From Paraspadella gotoi (taxonomy: Eukaryota > Animalia > Chaetognatha), in contig CM119268.1 in assembly GCA_051294375.1 (NCBI GenBank), positions 11,843,585 through 11,907,584 on the forward strand: a DNA stretch of 64,000 bases, in the 5' to 3' direction. Positions 39,471 through 52,505 of the stretch are shown here, one piece after another. The stretch's first letter is position 1. Each line of letters starts with the position of its first letter. The translations under genes and the position numbers were made by a program. Below the pieces are notes generated by a model, which was not told where the DNA came from, did no database searches, and worked only from the letters and a program-made list of their open reading frames with translations.

Positions 39471-40464
39471 AAGTTACGGATAGTAGTCTTAAGCCCACTT
39501 ATCGCCTTATCAACATATAGACTATTATAGGGCTTCTCAAACTTTATTAGACTAAGCCTTCTCCTTGTCGTCCTCTTCATTGCACGCTTATCTTCATGAT
39601 AATTAAAAAGGGCGAGATATAATGAATCAAATTACGGAAACCAACGTGGTGAGAAGGCGCAAGGCGCTGCAAGGCGTTTGACGCGGAAAGGAGAAGGGGT
39701 GAAGACTTGGTGGGCGCTTGTCTGAATGCGAAGGGAGGAGGAGCGCGGCGCTTGATAGGGGATTAAGTCAAAAGCGGAAAAGCTGCATCGCGTTTAACTT
39801 AGATAAATAGAAGATATGTAAAGACATGGCATTTAATCAAAATAAAGGATTGCGCATGACCGAAAGAAGTGTGAGGGAGAGCATTAATAAAAGAATGGAA
39901 TAGGATTGGAATTAACTGAGCGAATGAAATACGTTTCAATGAAAGGATAGAGAGGGATTAAAAGAGAGAATGTAATACATATGATTAAACAAAAGTATTG
40001 GCTACGATTGAATGACAACTAATGGGGAAGCATTCAACCGCCCGCGTTTGAACCTGCAAAGTTCTGAAACTAATGAGAAGATGGTTTATCGAGAAATTAT
40101 CTTCCATTGGGATCAAAAATTACGCGCCATGGTTTAATCAAATTTATGGTTATCTTGAAGTTGTTAATTAAATGCATTTATCGTAAGATGCGTAAGGCTT
40201 TTTTAATTATGACGATCGTCGACGGAAAACTTTTTTTTTCTTATAACCTCGCAGGCTATGGCAGGGGGGGACAAGGGGCGGTGGGGCTTTTAAAGGGAGG
40301 TTGAAAGACGATTCGAGAGATGATATTGGAGAAGGGCAAAAGAAATAGAAAAAATTGAAAAACAAAAAATTTGCGCCAAGAAATTAGTGAAGCCCGTGTT
40401 GAAAGAAGGGACCGAAAGCACGAAAGCGGTGAGAGAGAAGAGAGAGAGAGAGAGGAGAGAGAAG

Positions 40465-40519
<55 letters not shown>

Positions 40520-40715
40520 AGAGAGAGTCGTGCTCAAAAAGAAGATACGAATTATGTTATTCGTCGGACGATAATGAAGCGGCGTACCAATTTTCTCAAC
40601 GACCCTTTTTCAGGTTTTATTCACGTATTTTTCTCAAGTTGAAGAAAAAAAAAAGTAGAGAGAAGAAGGAGAGAAAGAATGAGAAGAGGAGATGAGAGAT
40701 CGGAAGTGAGACGAC

Positions 40716-40760
<45 letters not shown>

Positions 40761-41046
40761 AGAAAGAGACGAGAGAGAGAGAGAGAGATCTTATAGCTTG
40801 AACAAATATTTTAACCTCAACTGTAAAACAACGAACATGTTTTTTAAACGAGGGAACAAAAAAAAAAGGAAAATCGAAATGAAAAAGAAAAGAAAAAGAG
40901 GATATTGAAATTAAAGAAGGGAAAGCGACAGCTGAAAACGGAACCTCAAAACAAAGATATCACAAAATAATCAAAAAAGATGAAAACGGTGAGAGACAAT
41001 CACACGAAAGATAGAAAAACAGAATAAGACGTGAAGGCGAAGACAT

Positions 41047-41130
<84 letters not shown>
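41047..41130 (+). repeat. (AAAG)n microsatellite, ~21 units
   Basis: Read directly from the sequence. Confidence 0.95.
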
Positions 41131-41340
41131 AGATAACAAAGAAAACAAGAAAGAAAAAGAGTAGAAAGAAAGAAAGAAATAAAGGAAGAAAAAAAGAAGA
41201 AAGAAAGAGTGAGACGGAGAGGACAAGAAGAGAGAGAAGGAGAGAAAAGAGTCAGTAAGTCGAGAGAGAGAGAAAAAAAAAATTCCATGAATCCCATTTT
41301 CGTCGGTGGAATTTGAATTCCTTGCCGGTCGCCATTTTAC

Positions 41341-41406
41341 GCCACGCCAGGCGGCGCTAGGCGGTGCTGGGCGTTTCTAGGCGGCTTTAGGAGGCGCTGG
41401 GCGGTG
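41341..41406 (+). repeat. 10-bp GC-rich tandem (GCGGCGCTAG), ~6.5 copies
   Basis: gccacgccag gcggcgctag gcggtgctgg gcgtttctag gcggctttag gaggcgctgg gcggtg. Confidence 0.8.
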
Positions 41407-41544
41407 GGACAAACATTGAGGCGGCGCCCCTCGCGGCCGACAACCCAACTAAAACGGAGGGAAAAAACAAAAGAATACCGGGAATGATGAAATGAAGGAA
41501 CTCGATTAATCGTGTTTTGTTTAAGAGGCCGAGGCACGCGCGGG

Positions 41545-41547
<3 letters not shown>

Positions 41548-41629
<82 letters not shown>
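41548..41629 (+). repeat. (AG)41 perfect microsatellite
   Basis: Read directly from the sequence. Confidence 0.97.
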
Positions 41630-41631
<2 letters not shown>

Positions 41632-42135
41632 TTTTTGAGCAGCAACGTAAAGGAACTACGACGTGGGAAACATGCAGGGCCAAGCGAATTTCCCCTTCAG
41701 AGAAGTAATGAACTAATGTATCATGACATCTGAATCTAGATAGAAAAGAAATCATAAATGAAAATAATATACAACATTGATTTAAGCAACAAACAAACAA
41801 AGCGGGTCTCCACTTTCTGTTTTAATGTAATCCTTCTAATGACCAAAGATTTACTTGTAAAGTTGTTATTAAATTTCGTTCCTCTCTCTTCACATTTTAT
41901 CCGGTTTAATTATGGTCGACTGTTGCATAAATTTTCATCGTTAAAATTTAAAATTTGAAAAAAAGGCCATTGATTGTAAAAGGAGGTAGAGTCAAATTAA
42001 CGGAAATAAAATACAGTAAAAGCTTAGGTGAAAAAGAAAAAAAACAAAAGGCGGCGCCAGTAGTAGCTTAGATTTGATATTTAACAAATGAGCAACAATC
42101 TATAGGCAAGTTATAAGCGTTTTTTACGTAACTGT

Positions 42136-42226
42136 GACAGACCGACGGACAGACATACCGACGGACCGACCGACCGAAAAGTGACTTTTAGAGTTGCTCC
42201 GCGAGTACTCGCGGCGCAACTCAAAA
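42136..42226 (-). mobile_element. Helentron-associated non-autonomous element (HINE/DINE-1-like) terminus
   Basis: GACA/GACC/GACG tetranucleotide tract ((GTCY)n-like on minus), then the 32-bp near-perfect palindrome gagttgc-t-ccgcgagtactcgcgg-c-gcaactc (42191-42222) abutting an A-run. This matches the known HINE layout. Confidence 0.65.
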
Positions 42227-43188
42227 CGATGGAGACATTTCTAAAAGGAAAAAAGAATATCCGCAGGATTATATACGTATGCAAAAAAGGGCGATGAACC
42301 TAAGGAAAGAAGGATAGACAAAGAGAGAAAAAAATAGATTGGAAAAAAAAAAGAATTAAGATCAGTGAAAAGCGGAGATTGAAGTGAAACGAGGAATACA
42401 AATTAATAAGCAAAACGTAAAGAACGAATGTGAAAAATGAAAATAAAATAAAATTGATAAGAAAAAGCAAAGATTGAAAAAAAGTTGGGGGAGGGACGGT
42501 GGGGTAAAAAGAAGACAAGCGTAATTAGGGCGGTGGGGAAAAAAACGAATTTAAGGGGAAAAAAAAAGGATCGGGTTGGATGTATAAAAAAAAGGGGGAG
42601 AGATGTCCGGAATTTAAGAGTGATTGATGAGAAATTGTGATGGGTCGAGAGAAAGGAGGGCGGGCTAAAGGAAAATGGTGGATAAAAGGGGGGAGAGAGG
42701 TGGGTGGGTAGGGAGGGGAAGGATCAAAGTGGAAGGGAGGAGGGCAGGGAAAGGAGAGAGAAAATGGGAGGAGAATGGATGGAATAAATGGAAGAGAGAT
42801 TGTGCAGGTGAGTGGAGGTGGAGAGGCGAGGGAAAACTAGCGCGGCAAAGAGGGTGGAGAAGAACGGAGTGGAGGCGGGAATGGTAGGGAGAGGAAAGAG
42901 TCTCGAACAAGGGGAGGAAAGAGGGTGGGAATAAAAGGAGGAAATGGTAGGTGGGAGGTGGGAGGTTCGGTGAGGAGAAAGGAAGTGAGGGAGATGAGAA
43001 GATTCCGGGAATAGAAGTCTAGAGAAAGCGAGAGCAGGGAATGAGAGAGAAGAGAAAATGAAAAGAGAGACAATAGAGAGAAGACGGCATGATAAAAGGG
43101 ACGCTATACTTACTACATAGTGGCTTAAATATGTTAAGCAAATGTAGTATAAAACCCTCCTATAATGGAACCAAATTTGTCAAATAAT

Positions 43189-43415
43189 AACAAAATCGGT
43201 AATTCAAATGTGTTGCGCCGCAGAGACTTTATTTTCACATGTATTTCCTTTTTATAGCATGATATGACATGACATGATTAAAAAACTTTCTATGCCCATG
43301 TATGTATAACATGCACTGCATCAAAATTCCATCTTTTATTCCTTATAATTTTAGGAATTCCTGAAGGTTGCTCGCAGTACCTTAGATTTGAGTACTCGCG
43401 GCGCAACTAAAAAAA
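43189..43415 (-). mobile_element. HINE-like element, copy 2 (hairpin interrupted)
   Basis: Shares a ~175 bp body with 43586-43836; ends ...gagtactcgcggcgcaactaaaaaaa. Confidence 0.6.
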
Positions 43416-43585
43416 CATCCCAATCAGCATTTAACATATATATTTGTCAGCAGCTGCAACAGAAGTACAGAACCAGAAGGAAAGGTGAAAAAACAACAGT
43501 TGCGAAAGAAAGAGAAACTCGAGCGGGAGAGAAAAAAAAGGACGTGAAAACGACAGAGCAGAAGAATAAAGGAAATAAAAGAAAA

Positions 43586-43836
43586 AACAAGAACGGTAAT
43601 TCCAATGTGTTGAGCCACAATAACTTTTTTCACGTGTATTTCCTTTTTGATCACTTGATATGACATGACATGATTAAAAAGCTTTCTTTGCCCGAGTATT
43701 TATGACATGCACTGCATCAAAATTCCATCTTTTATTCCTTATAGTTTTAAGAATTCCTGAAGTTGGTGCTAGCAACAGATCGACCGAAAAGCGACTTAAA
43801 GAGTTGCTCCGCGAGTACTCGCGGGGCAACTAAAAA
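43586..43836 (-). mobile_element. HINE-like element, copy 3
   Basis: Body as in copy 2; terminus cgaccgaaaagcgacttaaagagttgctccgcgagtactcgcggggcaactaaaaa matches 42171-42226. Confidence 0.65.
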
Positions 43837-46349
43837 GATAGCGAGCGAGTGAAGGCGTTCGAACTCGTTGAGAAACGAAAGTACCGAAAAGAAAGGAAGA
43901 GGACAAAAAATGAAAAGCAATATCCCGGACTCCAAATGAAACTGAAACTTCTTTTCATTATCAAAAAAAAAAACAAACAAACAAAAAAACCCGAAAATTT
44001 TCTATTGGGAAATCTTGGAGCGGCGACAATGAAATAAAATGGAGAAAATCGATAAACAAAAATGGAAAAAAACCGGGATATTATACTTCTCAACGGGAGA
44101 CGATGATGATTAAAACAAGTTGTCTTTTTTTCCGGTTGTGTCTTGTTTAATGTTAAGCATATATATATATTTTCGGTATTTCATGTACAAATATTTTTTT
44201 GTTCTTTGAATTTTTTTTTCTTTCGAAGTCAAATTTTTTTTTCTCGTTCGATTTCTCACCATTTTTTTTTCACCGTCGACGCCATTTTCTTTTTCTTCAG
44301 CCGCCAACAAACTTTTCATTTCTCATCGTTTTCTTTCTTTTCTCTCTCTCTCTCCTCTCTCCATCCTTCTCGTTCTCTTGCCGGTCCGCTCCGCGGATGG
44401 AGACAGTCTCTCTCATCTCTCTCCTCTGCGTTTCGTCTCCTCATCTTCTCCACTCCTCATTTCTCCTCTCTCTCTCTCTCTGCTCTCTCCTTCCATTCTT
44501 CTTCATTCTCCTTTTTTTCTAAATTTTTTTCCTTTCCTTTTTTATTTCATTATTTCCCATTTATTTCAGATCCAATAGTTTTTCCGCATTACTCTTTCCA
44601 CGCCTCGATTTCTTTCTCTCTTTCCCGCGCGTTGAAAGAAAATCTCTTTTTCAGATCGAAAAGTTCGCTTTTTCTATGGAAGGCGGAATCGCGGAAGAAG
44701 AAGAAATATAAGAAGAAGATCTTTTTGATTGGAAGTCACTCGTCAGATCAGCGGCGTTTATCTCAAGAGAGAAATATTTTGTAAGAAACCTTTATCTTGA
44801 TAACATCGGGTATTATGAGATGGGAGGAATGTCAAGTCTCCCAACATTCCGAGGATTAAACGAGTTTGTCTAACGGTTAGTGATTGTATTGTTTGGCGAC
44901 ATTTCCGTTGATGGCACTAATTTTCTTATGTAGATGCGTTACGTACGTAAAAACCGACGTCGCAGTTGCTCTAAAACTTTTGGATTTAGGTGAAAAAAAA
45001 ATAGCGTGAGAGTTTTTTTTAAAATGACGCCTTTTATTGCTAAATTCCCAAGCTTTAAAAAAAAATTAAATGAATTTGTATTAATAATCTGCATGACGCT
45101 TTTTTTAAATGCCGATATTTGAAGAGCGCTTGTTTCTTTGCAGCAGCCTGTCTTCAGCCGCGAAAGTCCTTCACGCGGTGGGAATAGGACCGTCAGTAGT
45201 TTAAAAGCGGCTACAGAAATCCGGCTCCCTTAACGAAATCCCTTGAAAATTCGCGCCGCCTCATGAAGAGAAAAAATTGGGAATGGCGGAACAATAAAAA
45301 ATAAGATACATTGTGGTCGGACCGACTGCGGACGAACGACGACTGACGAGCGCGACGCACGACGAAGACAGCTCGATGATGATGACTTTCAGAGAAATGA
45401 ACGGTGAATGCGCGACGAGAGAGAAGATGAGATACGGAAGAGAGACGCGCACGAGAGCAGACAGTAGAGAAGAGCAGAGAGACGCGTGAAAAGTGGACAT
45501 TGAAGCCGATCGACGAACAGAACCACAGGACGGACGAGGGAAACGACGACGGGGCGAACGACGACAACGAAAATGACAAGGGAAAACGAGGAGGAAGAGG
45601 AGGAAGAGGAGGACGAGGAAGAAGAAAAAAGAGGAAGAGAGGAAGAGGAAAGAAGGAAAGGGAGATGGGGGGAAAGGAAAATAAATAAAGCCTTGTGAGA
45701 GGAAGGGGAGGCGAGAAGCAAAAGAAGAAAGAAAATAAAAGTAAAATAAGAAAAATAAAAGAAAAGAGAAGAGAGGAGAAGAGAGGGAGAGTTAAATTAG
45801 AGACAACGGAAAAACGCGTTGGAAGGGTTGGCCCAGGAAAGAAAAGGAAGGAAAGAAGAAAAAAAAAGGAAAAAAGGAAAAGGAAGAGGAGGAGGAATAC
45901 GAGAAAAGAGTCCTTGCGAAGGGAGCAATAAAACTTTCTAAACAAAAACATGGCTGATGAATAGAAATAGAAAAGAAGAAGATGGGGGGGAAAAGAAAAA
46001 CAAAAAAAAGTATAGTAAAAGAAAAAAGAAAGCAAAAAATAAGAAAGAAAGGAAGGAAAAAGAGAATCATACATTTCAATTTTTGAAATTGATGATCGTC
46101 TCTAAAGAGATAATGAAAAAGAGGAAATTTAAAAGACGACTCACGAAATCGTTAGTCGTCGTTGTTGTCGTTATCGATGACGTTTGACGTTTGACGTGGA
46201 TGACTCCGATCACAAAATTTCTCTCCAACAACTAAATCAAGCGCCCCCCTTCATTTTCTACCCTTACCCATTTTTCCTCGTCACATTTTTCTCGCCTCAA
46301 TGACCGCGGGCAATTCTTTTCCTTACCCCGACTTCGTCCTTCTCCTCAC

Positions 46350-46466
46350 CTTTTTCGATGGCGCCGACAAAACGTCCAACTTAAGCTTCGATGTCACGAA
46401 GCGATTGTCTTTGTCACCGACACGAGTGATTGTCTCACGGACTTTGATTGGTGAAAGAAAAAAAAA
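46350..46466 (-). CDS. Candidate exon 2 (FFFLSPIKVRETITRVGDKDNRFVTSKLKLDVLSAPSKK), product unknown
   Basis: ccttccccAG| ... AAG|GTGAGG; 117 nt, phase 0-0; splices in frame to 46877-46912. Confidence 0.22.
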
Positions 46467-46876
46467 CTGGGGAAGGCGCCCCCGGGCGAAACGTCGAGGT
46501 TTGCCTCTAAGACTCTCTTTAATAGTGTCTCTAAGTCATTACAAATTATCACGATTCACTCCGAGGCAGTCTATTCTCTTATCTTATTATGGGCCAATGG
46601 GCAATTGGGCAATGGGAAATTGGGCATGTACTTTTCCGGAGATCCATTGCCCAATGCGTAGAGAGTGAAAGTCTTTACTTTGACCTTCACAGAGAAATTC
46701 ATTTTTCGTTTGTTGAAAATCTAAAAAGGCAAGTACTGAATGATGTCAAATTTAAATCATTTTAAATACAATCTCGACTTCTGAGGTCGTAATTTTGTCG
46801 TAATTCTTTTATCATTCGGCTTCGAAACGCTTTAGTCACGTGATCCGAAAACATAGACTCCCTCATCCAAACTCAC

Positions 46877-46912
46877 CCTCCCAACTCTTTCGTCCAGACT
46901 TGGAGTCTCCAT
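46877..46912 (-). CDS. Candidate first coding exon (METPSLDERVGR), product unknown
   Basis: gcgATGG start and strong donor AGG|GTGAGT; preceded by a CT-rich leader. Confidence 0.25.
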
Positions 46913-47754
46913 CGCGAGACGGCGAAAAAGTCGAGTCGATGTGAGAAGACGTGAGAAGAGGAAGAGCGGAGATTGGAGGGGAGGAAGGGGGGGGTGAAGA
47001 GGAAGGGAAAGAGAGATAGAGGGAGAGAGGGAGAGGACCAAATTGGAGGAAGGGAGGGAGAGTGGGGAAATTGGAGAAAGGAAGGAATAGATGAACAAAG
47101 ATTGAAGGGTGAAGAGAAAAGAAAAGAGGGAGAGAGGGAGGGAGTGAGAGAGGATAGGAAGAGCAAAGATGGAAGGGAGAGTGGGGAGAGAGCGGAAAGA
47201 GAGGATGAGGAGAGATTAGAGGGAAGGAGAAAGAGAGAGGATAGGAAGGAGGGAGGAAAGAGAGGATGAGCAGATATTAGTGGGAGAAAGGGGAAAAATC
47301 TGTGCGAGAGAAGGGTAAGTAGAAAAGTGGGGAAGGGAGAAGATTTTATTAAGAGGGTGAAATATTAAGGAAGGAATTAGAAGGAGAGAGAGAGAGAAAT
47401 GAGAGGAAGGCTTTTTTAATAAAAAGAAGAGAAGGAAAAAACAAATGTTTTTAAAAAAGGAAAAGTTGTTTTAAATGTGGACTGTGGAGACAAATAAGTA
47501 AAAAACTGAGAAGATACGAAAAGGAATTCGTCAATTTCACCCAGTTTAAGGTGATTTTGAAGGAGAGGGAGAAAAAAAAAGAAAAGTGATATTAGAAAGA
47601 CGAAAAGGAGAAAATATGATAAGAGATTAAGCAGAAAGTCATGAAACCATAAACGGACTCTTTACATCCATCCCCAACCATCATCTTTTTTTATCCTTTT
47701 CTCCTGCGCTCGAACAGCAGTCCAGTCTACAAACGCTGCCCCCTCTCTCTCTCC

Positions 47755-47837
<83 letters not shown>

Positions 47838-49108
47838 CGTTTACTTGTATTTGTTGCGTTTCCACCCCGACTGCTATCATCGTGTCTGCACCGCAGGGGG
47901 GGGCGTAGAGGGGGGGGAGTGCTGGAATATGCATAGCCAGAGAATAATTCATAATAATAACATTCGCGACGTAGACGCGGGGGAGAAGAGAGAGGTGTGG
48001 GCGAGGGTTTGGGTAAGTAGAGGGTGAGGCAAAACGTGCGGGGGTAGGAATGGGTGAGCGATGGGTGGGATGGAAATGGGCGGCGGCCGTCCTCGGCGGC
48101 GGCGGCGGGCGGCGGCTGCGGCATCCGCGTCTCCCATGAATATGATCTGTCTCCATCGCTTGACGTCTGCATCAACGATCGTCGAGAGAACGAGAGCGAT
48201 TTGCGAGGGAATTCTCGCAATAAAGAATAAAAGAGAAGAGAGCGGGAAAAAAAATGGTGGGGGAAAAAAAAAACGAGTGTGCAAATGTTCATCTCACCGA
48301 TTTTAAACGCGCGGTGTATTTTTTTTGCACTTTGATCTTCGTTTTCCGAATGAATCGGGAGAGGAAGGGGTGGAGAGTGAAAGGGCGCATGGTGGAGGGA
48401 GGCATGATTGAAAGAATGTTTTGGGCCTTTGGGTGCGGGGAAGAGAGTGAAATAAGTGGAAGACAGGGAAAAAGAGAAAATCATCAAATGTCAAAAAGAG
48501 TGCCAAGAAATGTAGAAAAACGTCAAAAACGGTAGATTATGTAAAGATGAGATGAATTCTCAAAATTATATTTTGATGCAGTCATTGAAAAAAAAAATAA
48601 CTTCAAAATGCGATCAAATGGGAGAAACGCAAAGTCTGTGAGTAACCGAAGATCATTGACAAAATTTTCCCTAATTTTTTGAAACCGGAATTATAGCTTC
48701 TGATAAGAATCTTATTTTTTTCTCAGTTTCGAGTTACCATTCTTTTAAGCTTCGATAAAAAAAAAAGCTTCGTCAGCCGACGTCCTTTGTCTGGAACTTC
48801 CCTTATCTCACTTGTCAACCCCGTTTATCTTCCGCAAATCGGAAAGGTAAGTTCGCGATTTGACCTCGTTCAACGGGAAGGTTCAAGACAGAGACTCGGA
48901 TTAAAGGAGACCGGCTAAGACGTCACAATTTACCGAGTTCACGGGGTGAGAAGAAAGAGACAAAGTTTTTTTTGGAAGACGAAAATGAAAGGTTGAACTA
49001 AGAAAGAGAAAGGGGAATAAGAAATGAAAGTTTAAGTGAATAAGAAAGAAAGAGAGAAAGGGAGAGAAAGAGAGAGGAAGGAGAGAGAGAAAGGGGAGAG
49101 AAAGAGAG

Positions 49109-49192
<84 letters not shown>

Positions 49193-50049
49193 TACGGATT
49201 AGAGACGAGGTTAGAATGAAGAGCAAAGCGAGAGTTCCGGTCAAAGGTCATGGGGTGTCTCGACCCCGTCCATTTAATGGGTACGAGAGAGGTGGTTTTA
49301 CAGAGACGAAGATCACCACCGCCCCCACCTCTGTTCCGGTTCCGCCTCGAGATTCTCGCTTTTCCGCGTCGCCGGGTTTCGCTCTTTCTTGCGCGACGTG
49401 CGGCCCGCGCATGCGCCGAGAATAAAAAGCGACGAAACCAGTCGTAAAAAACTCACTCGCCACTTTTTCTTTTCTTTTTTTTTTTGCTTCAAAGTGACAT
49501 GGGATTTTAATGTTTGGAAAAAAAAAACTGAGAAAAAAAGAAAAAAAAAACTAAAACAGAAAAGAAAAGGCGAAACGACGCATTTCTTGAAAAGTATTAA
49601 TCCCTTGAATCGATGCTTCGTCTTTTGCTTGTTATTTCTTCAAGTTATTCAGTTCGTTTGATCCCGGACCTAGTAAGATTAGATTGTCTAACCGTATTTA
49701 TAAACAGTTATACAAATATTCATATTGCCTTAACGAAATGACGCGGAGTGAAAAAGAGTCGTAAGAGATGCAAGGAACCTCCGTCATCCATCCCCAAGGA
49801 AGAGCGTAATAAAAAAAAAGGAATTTTATCGCCGATAGTCTCTGGCTCCTTATTGCCTCTTTGTCCTACCATATTCACGAGGATATTGGCCATTTTTCTT
49901 TCCTCGAGTATTATTGGGCTTTTTTTCGGTTTGGTTTACCGAGGAGTGTAAATTCTTTGATTCTTGTTCTATCAGGATTTATAACCAATGTGGTGACTTC
50001 CCGGAGTGAGAGTTAATTTGTCAAATTGTCAAATTCTATATAAACTGTT

Positions 50050-50200
50050 ATTGCAACGGGGTGTGAAGCATCTTCCGAAAGCTGGTGATCAGGGCTTGGG
50101 GCCTGCAGTGACCACCCGATGTCACTGGGGTGTTTAAGCTAACACCATCATACTTGACCAGTGTGACAGTGAGGGGATTGAACACGAGTAAGCGAGTACT
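50050..50200 (-). mobile_element. SINE-like remnant with a possible RTE-related segment
   Basis: Minus-strand B-box-like gtgttcaatccc; hairpins ggtgtt/aacacc (50129-50146) and cagtgac/gtcactg (50106-50127); ccaagccc motif shared with 39430. Cut by the N-gap. Confidence 0.3.
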
Positions 50201-50372
50201 ATACTTATACNNNNNNNNNNNNNNNNNNNNNNNNNAATAAGGCGTAGTGAAAGTTACATTACGACAAATCACATAAGTCCAATTATGAACATAACATACC
50301 ATCAGTGGAAACATTATTTGTAAAACAATTAATTTTATTGTTTTAATTTTCCACAGTAGGCTATCATTTAGT

Positions 50373-50731
50373 TATAGTACTATCCTTACTAAATCGAAAA
50401 TTTCAAAACTAAGCTTTCTTTAATTGAAGTTGCAGATTTGAATCCTCGTCAAAAGTTGATAAAAGAATAATAATAAATCAATTTTAAAAATTCTTTCATA
50501 ACGTGGGTTTTAAAAATTAAAAAGAACTTATTTAATATATAAAAAATTAAATTTTAGCTTAAATAATAATAGCTTTGAATTTTTGTGACCCACTTGACAA
50601 TGAAAGGAAATTTTTCAAAGGTTAATATCTCTTTTTTATCAACTTTATTGACGAAATCCAAAGTCTGCAAAAAATCTTAAAAAAATACCTGTTTTGGATA
50701 ATTTTATGAACATTTTGGTTTTAGTACTATA
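50373..50731. mobile_element. Palindromic MITE (~355 bp) with putative TA target duplication (Tc1/mariner-type)
   Basis: Termini TATAGTACTA / TAGTACTATA. Arms pair: ttgcagatttgaatcctcgtcaaaagttgataaaaga vs revcomp of tcttttttatcaactttattgacgaaatccaaagtctgcaa, and aaaattctttcat..gtggg..ttatttaa vs its complement, nearly to the centre. Confidence 0.75.
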
Positions 50732-50863
50732 TTAATAGGCTTACGCGAAATTGATATAAATTATATAATTTTTTATTACTAAGATGGTTATAGTAATGTT
50801 ATTCATTCCCTCCATTTTAGAAATTTAATTTATAGTTAAATTTAGAAAATTTTAAGCTACTAC

Positions 50864-52505
50864 GCCTTATATATCAGCTTATTTAGGAAAACCAGTTGGG
50901 TCGCATCTCTTACTCTCCCACTCACACTCCTCTCTCCTCCTAATCTGACATATAACCATCTCGATGTTTCAATTAATCTCACCAACACCAAGTTTATTTG
51001 AGACTCATTCAAACATTCTTATAAACCTTTCCAAAAGGGCTTTGAAAACTTGAAAAACTTGAAGAAAAAATCAACGATGCAATGTATAAACTATGAAAGT
51101 GAACGAGAAAAGAGCTCACCTTTTCCTTTGTTAGCGAATTCGAAGTTTGAATACATCTTCAAATTCGAATAAATCTGTCTCCTACAAAATTAGGTCCCTC
51201 TTTATCGCTTGTCGCAGAAGAGAAGGGAGTCTATATCAAGCTCTTTTTTTCCATCGAGAAATTTTCGTCCTTCTTCTAACTTTGTGAATTCGGCGGAAAA
51301 AAGAAAAAGTGGATGATAAAAAAAAACGAGTGGAATGAAAAATCCAGAATAGACGAGGGAAGAAAGTAATAGAAAAGAAGGAAAAAAGAAAGAGAGAAAG
51401 AAAGAATTAAATTAAAATCAAAAGGAAAGAGGACGCAAACAGAAAAAAACGTGTTAATAAAAGAGAAAGCTGCCAACAGAAACTAGAAAACAAAAAGAGA
51501 ATAAAGGTAAGATAGAAAAAAGATAGAACACGAAAGAAACAAAAAAAAAAAAAATGAATAAGAAAATAATAATAAGATAACACAACAAAAAACTATAAAA
51601 AAGAAAAAAATCCCAGAACAGAAACCGATAAAAAAAGAAAGACATAAATAAAGAAAGAGTAAGGAAGGAACGAAATATATAGCTCCACGAAGGCTTATTA
51701 TACAGCTATTTAGAAACCAGTTGGGTCGCTCTCTTACTCTCCCTCTCACACTCTCTCTCTCTCTCTAATCTGCAATAAATCCCATCTCGATGTTTCATTA
51801 ATCTCACCAACTACCAAGTTTATTTGAAGACTCTTCAAACATTTATAAACCTTTCCAAAGGCTTGAAAAACTTGAAAAACTTGAAGAAAAAAATCAACGA
51901 TGAATGTATAAACTATAAAGTGAACGAGAAAAGAGCCCACCCTTTCCTTTGTCAGGCGATTCGAAGTTTGAATACATCTTATCAATTCGAATAATTGTCT
52001 CCTACAAAATTAGGTGCCCCTCTTTATCGCTTGTCTGCAGAAGAGAAGGGAGGTCTATACATCAAGTCTTTTTTCCATCGAGAAATTTCGTCCTTTCTCT
52101 ACTTCTGATGAATTCGGCGGAAAAAGGAGAAAGTGGATGAAAAAAAAAAAACGAGTGAATGAGAAAAATCCAGAAAGACGGGAGAGAAAGTATAGAAAAG
52201 AGAGGAAAAAAAGAAAGAGAGAAAGAGAGAAAGAAAAATTAAAAATTAAATGCAAAAAGGAAAGAGGACGCAAAAGAAAAAAAAACTGTATAAAAGAAAA
52301 GAAAGCTGCAAGACAGAAACCAAAAAAGAAATAAAGTAAGATAGAAAGAAAGATAGAAAGATAGAAAATAATACATGAAAGATAGACATCACAAAAAAAA
52401 CTATAAAAAAAGAAAAGAAAGCTCCCAGACAGAAACCTGAAAAAAAAAGAAAGACATAAATAAAGAAAGAGAAGGAAAGAAAGAAATATATAGGCTCCCA
52501 CGGAA
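50864..52505 (+). repeat. Tandem duplication B (50864-51691 / 51692-52505)
   Basis: Collinear ~820 bp copies differing mostly by 1-bp indels. Confidence 0.93.
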
